Part shown: one piece after another, positions 54,143 through 57,248 of the stretch
Layout of the letters: each line of letters opens with the position of its first letter
Numbering within the stretch: the stretch's first letter is position 1
Assembly (NCBI GenBank): GCA_016199525.1
Contig: JACQGL010000185.1
Span: 1 to 57,248, forward strand
DNA length: 57,248 nt
DNA from: Armatimonadota bacterium
GTDB lineage: Bacteria; Armatimonadota; SYMT01; JACQGL01
Direction: 5' to 3'
The notes under the pieces: model-generated
Told to the model about the DNA's origin: nothing
The model's input: only the letters and a program-made list of their open reading frames with translations
Database searches by the model: none
Program-made: the position numbers and the translations under genes

Positions 54143-55138
54143 ATGCCAACCGCCAGAACGCTCAAGCGCCCCGAGCTGATCGCCGATAACCCCGACGAAC
54201 ACCTGGCCGCGTTCGCCCGCGATGTGGCCGCGGGGCTGACCGCGCATCCCAAGTGCCTTTCGTGCTGCTACTTCTACGACCATCAGGGGTCGCTGCTCTT
54301 TGAAGAAATCTGCCAACTAGAGGAGTACTACCTCACCCGCGCGGAGCGGGAGATCCTGCTGGCACGCGCCGCCGAGATCGCCGCGCTCTTCCCCGGGGAG
54401 ATCGCCCTCGTGGAACTGGGCAGCGGGAGCGCCACGAAGACGCGCATCCTCATCGAGGCGTTCCTGCGCCAACGTGGCGCGTTGCGCTACGTGCCGGTGG
54501 ACATCTCCCGCACAATGTTGGAGGAAAGCACCCTGGCGTTGCGGGACGAGTACCCGGAACTGGAGATCGTGGCCGTAGCGGCGGAATATACTCAGGGACT
54601 TCGCCATCTGGCGGCGGAGTCCGCTCGCCCGAAGCTGGTCCTCTGGCTGGGATCAAACATCGGTAACTTCGATCGGCCAGAAGCGGCCCGCTTTCTGCGC
54701 CAGGTACGGGAAACCATGGCGCCCTGTGATCGGCTGCTGGTCGGCGTTGATCTGCGCAAAGAGGCCGTCGTTCTGGAGCGTGCCTATGATGATGCGCGCG
54801 GCGTTACGGCCCAGTTCAATCTGAACCTGCTTGCCCGCATCAACCGCGAGATGGGCGGGCACTTCGATCTTGCCATGTTCCGGCACCGGGCTCTCTACGA
54901 CGAGGAGATGGGTCGCGTGGAGATGTATCTGGATAGCCTCGTCGACCAGCAGGTACGCATCGACCGCCTTGGCCTGGAGGTGTCGTTCGCCGCCGGCGAA
55001 CCAATCCATACCGAGAACTCCTATAAGTACTCCGGTGAGGAAATCCAGGCCCTGGCCCGGAGCGCCGGGGTGCGGATCGAGCGCCAGTGGTTCGATGGCG
55101 CGCGCCGCTTCAGCGTGAATCTGCTGGCGCCGGAGTGA
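54143..55138 (+). CDS. egtD: L-histidine N-alpha-methyltransferase (hercynine synthase)
   Basis: Alignable by eye over its full length to mycobacterial EgtD: YFYD..GS.LFE.I..L.EYY.TR.E, LVELGSGSATKTR, LGSNIGNF, AYDDARGVTAQFNLN, ENSYKY. Confidence 0.9.
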   Translation: MPTARTLKRPELIADNPDEHLAAFARDVAAGLTAHPKCLSCCYFYDHQGSLLFEEICQLEEYYLTRAEREILLARAAEIAALFPGEIALVELGSGSATKTRILIEAFLRQRGALRYVPVDISRTMLEESTLALRDEYPELEIVAVAAEYTQGLRHLAAESARPKLVLWLGSNIGNFDRPEAARFLRQVRETMAPCDRLLVGVDLRKEAVVLERAYDDARGVTAQFNLNLLARINREMGGHFDLAMFRHRALYDEEMGRVEMYLDSLVDQQVRIDRLGLEVSFAAGEPIHTENSYKYSGEEIQALARSAGVRIERQWFDGARRFSVNLLAPE

Positions 55139-55140
55139 AT

Positions 55141-55196
55141 GTTGGCAGGTCGGCAGGTTTGCAAGCTAGCGCCTGCCGACGTGCGAACCTGCCAAC
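55141..55196. repeat. Composite palindrome built from TTGGCAGG units between convergent egtD and dehydrogenase genes
   Basis: GTTGGCAGG TCGGCAGG ... CCTGCCGA ... CCTGCCAAC begins 3 nt after the egtD stop. Related to 4735..4795. Confidence 0.6.
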
Positions 55197-55209
55197 GTGC
55201 GCAGGCGCT

Positions 55210-56250
55210 TCATCCGCCCGTGTTAAGCGCCACCACATCCGGTCGGAGCACGCACTCGAGCGGCTGGCCCGCGAAGAAACGCTGGAAGTCCGCCACCAGG
55301 AGCTCAGCCATCCGGTTGCGCGCATCCTGGTTGCGGCCGGCGATATGGGGGTAATGAACCACGTTGGCACGGCCGCGCAGGAGGTCGTCCGCGGGCAGGG
55401 GCTCGACGTCGAATACGTCCGCGCCCAGGTAGATCTCATTCGCGAGGACCCGCTGCCGCACCGCCGCCATATCGACGGGAAACGCGCGCGTGATCAGCAC
55501 CAGGATGCTGCCGCGCGGCAGCAGCTGCACACGCCGCGCGTCGAGCAGGCCCTTGCTGCTTGGATTGGGTGGCACGCAGACTGCCACCAGCTGGGAGGAG
55601 GAAAGGAGCTCGTCCAGCGCCATCTGCTCTACGCTGGCGGCGGCGAACACCTCGTCGGGGACGAAGGGGTCGTAGGCGAAGGTGCGCGTGGGGAAGGCGG
55701 AAAGCAGGCGCGCCAGGGCTCGTCCGATGGCGCCGAGCCCCACCAGCCCCACCCGTTTGCCCGCCAGTTCCCCGTTCACGAACGCCGGGTTGTCGCTGAA
55801 CTGACCCCCTGGCCAGCGCCCTCCGTCCGCTCCCGTGGCCAGAAGGGTGTGCCACCACGCGCTTTGCCGGAGGCAGGCAAGCATCAGACTCAGGCCCGTT
55901 TCCGCCACGCTCTGCGCCCAGCCCCGCGTGGTATCCACCAGAGGTACGCCGCGCGCCTGAAGAGACCTATAATCCACCCGGTAGGCGCGGTTATCGAAGA
56001 TGCCCCCCACCAGCCGGAGCCGGGGCGCGGCGGCAACGCAATCCGCAGTGAGCCGCCCCGCATAAAGGGCGATCGCGTCCACGTCTGCCAGCGGCAGAAT
56101 CTGTGACAGCACGGCGTTCTCCTGGCCGGTTAGGTCCAGCAGCCGGATGTCACCCAGCGGCGCCAGTCCAGTGCGCAGGCGGGGCAGGAATGTTTCGCCC
56201 CACTCGGAGGCGGTGCCTGTGCTGCAGGAGATCAGGATGTTGGTTTCCAT
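55210..56250 (-). CDS. D-isomer-specific 2-hydroxyacid dehydrogenase family protein
   Basis: NAD motif GKRVGLVGLGAIGRALARLL. A catalytic-type R...E...H arrangement (ITRAF, ...HIAG). Confidence 0.85.
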   Translation of the reverse strand: METNILISCSTGTASEWGETFLPRLRTGLAPLGDIRLLDLTGQENAVLSQILPLADVDAIALYAGRLTADCVAAAPRLRLVGGIFDNRAYRVDYRSLQARGVPLVDTTRGWAQSVAETGLSLMLACLRQSAWWHTLLATGADGGRWPGGQFSDNPAFVNGELAGKRVGLVGLGAIGRALARLLSAFPTRTFAYDPFVPDEVFAAASVEQMALDELLSSSQLVAVCVPPNPSSKGLLDARRVQLLPRGSILVLITRAFPVDMAAVRQRVLANEIYLGADVFDVEPLPADDLLRGRANVVHYPHIAGRNQDARNRMAELLVADFQRFFAGQPLECVLRPDVVALNTGG

Positions 56251-56580
56251 TCTGGTAAGCCCTCAGGTTTGCAGGGCTAGTTTCCACGCTGCCGCCGTGC
56301 CGTCCTTCCGGACGGGCCACCCGGGTACGCGCCTGCGAGCGCCGCGCCGGAGCCGACGTGGTAATCCCTCATCAGGCGGAACCAGATGGCCCCAGCGGCG
56401 TCTGAGTAGTGACGGACATCGCGCGGCTTCGGATCGCCGGATCCGCCGGGCGGTCTGCCCGCAGGCTCGGCGTGCGCGGGAGGGTTCGTGTCTGCGGCCA
56501 CGCGGCCGGTAAGGGATACCTGCACGGGCGACTTCAGGGGGCGGTATCCATTGAGGTTCAACGAACGGAGGAAGCGGCAC

Positions 56581-57123
56581 ATGCGTAGTGCACTGCGGTG
56601 GGTGATGGCCGCCGCGTTCATCATTCTCCTCGGGTCGCCGGCCCGCGCGCAGGTCACCCAGCCCGAACTGGAAAAGAAACTGCTCCCGGTGGGCGATCCC
56701 GCGCCGGACTTCGATCTGCCCCAGGTCGGCGGCGATCGGGTGCGGCTGTCCGAGTTGACCCGGAAGAACGTGGTGCTGGTGACCTTCTGGTTCTATGGGT
56801 GTGAGGCCTGCCGGACCGAGTTTCCGCACCTGCAGAAGATGTACGATGAGCTCAAGGCCAGGGGTTTGGAAGTGGTGGCCATCAACGCCATCGACAGCCG
56901 CGAGCGGATCGAATCCTACCAGCAGGAAGGCAAATTCACGTTCCGACTGCTCCAGGCGCCGCGCGCCGATGGCCAGCCGGTGTCCGAGGTGGTGAAGAAA
57001 TACCGCGTCTCTGCCTACCCCACAAACTACCTCATTGGCAAGGATGGGAAGGTGCTGGCGCGCTTCGTGGGCTTCAACGAGAAAGCCGTTCGGGACGCCA
57101 TCGAGCGGGCGGGGGTCAAGTAG
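56581..57123 (+). CDS. TlpA/ResA-like periplasmic thiol-disulfide oxidoreductase
   Basis: Internal ATG. Signal peptide MRSALRWVMAAAFIILLGSPARA. Thioredoxin-fold FWFYGCEACRTEFP with CxxC. Confidence 0.85.
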   Translation: MRSALRWVMAAAFIILLGSPARAQVTQPELEKKLLPVGDPAPDFDLPQVGGDRVRLSELTRKNVVLVTFWFYGCEACRTEFPHLQKMYDELKARGLEVVAINAIDSRERIESYQQEGKFTFRLLQAPRADGQPVSEVVKKYRVSAYPTNYLIGKDGKVLARFVGFNEKAVRDAIERAGVK

Positions 57124-57146
57124 TCTGCCTATCCCGCGGTCGCAGC

Positions 57147-57171
57147 GCCCGCCCTCAAGTTGAGGGCGGGC
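57147..57171 (+). terminator. Terminator-like hairpin after the redoxin gene
   Basis: GCCCGCCCTCA - AGT - TGAGGGCGGGC, 24 nt after the stop. The downstream T-tract is weak. Confidence 0.5.
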
Positions 57172-57248
57172 CTTGTCACCTCTGAAAACGACAGGAGTAT
57201 ACCGGCAGAAATCGGGCAAAACCGGAATCAGGTCACGGAGAAGAAGGA

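Noticed and set aside
56263-57219. 318-aa ORF on the minus strand
   Set aside because: It is antisense to the TlpA-like redoxin gene, which has a signal peptide and CxxC motif. The ORF itself has no recognisable domain.
1-57248. Looked for rRNA, tRNA, CRISPR arrays, IS elements, integrases and classical defence genes
   Set aside because: I saw no regularly spaced repeat array, no cloverleaf-like 70-90 nt segments in intergenic DNA, and no transposase, integrase, nuclease-helicase or defence-type ORF. The absence is based on reading by eye only, so tRNAscan, Infernal and CRISPR finders should confirm it.

Overview
This is a high-GC (about two-thirds G+C by eye), gene-dense bacterial chromosomal window. 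I can support about 50 protein-coding genes and recognised no rRNA, tRNA, CRISPR array or transposase. Housekeeping anchors are cmk-plsC, folD, chrA, hflX-queA, folC and rbsK. Most other genes are envelope or carbohydrate related: two GT-C membrane glycosyltransferases, two Gfo/Idh/MocA oxidoreductases, DUF4432, a sugar-phosphate isomerase, a BNR-repeat exoprotein, an SLT-type murein hydrolase, and a DUF3048-HAD-acyltransferase-BON string. The most interesting locus is at 49.2-55.1 kb. It is a tightly packed EgtB-like / SenB-like glycosyltransferase / EgtD operon, which is the organisation of a selenoneine-type pathway (the selenium analogue of ergothioneine). It sits divergently next to a betaine-type ABC transporter with a fused binding-protein-permease and an ATPase, which I propose handles hercynine, ergothioneine or selenoneine. 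No selenophosphate synthetase gene is visible in the window. Other points worth a second look: an ECF sigma factor whose stop overlaps the start of a 972-aa membrane VIT-vWA protein (candidate non-canonical anti-sigma sensor), with a perfect 16-bp tandem repeat upstream; a single-gene low-GC island carrying a class II Fic protein; a glycosyltransferase ORF that runs about 370 nt antisense into chrA, apparently after stop-codon loss; a 3-prime remnant of a SanA/DUF218 gene; and two families of repeated intergenic palindromes. The ORF track also contains many long antisense shadow ORFs typical of high-GC DNA, which I rejected. All functional calls come from motif and family recognition by eye. 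No database search or computation was run.
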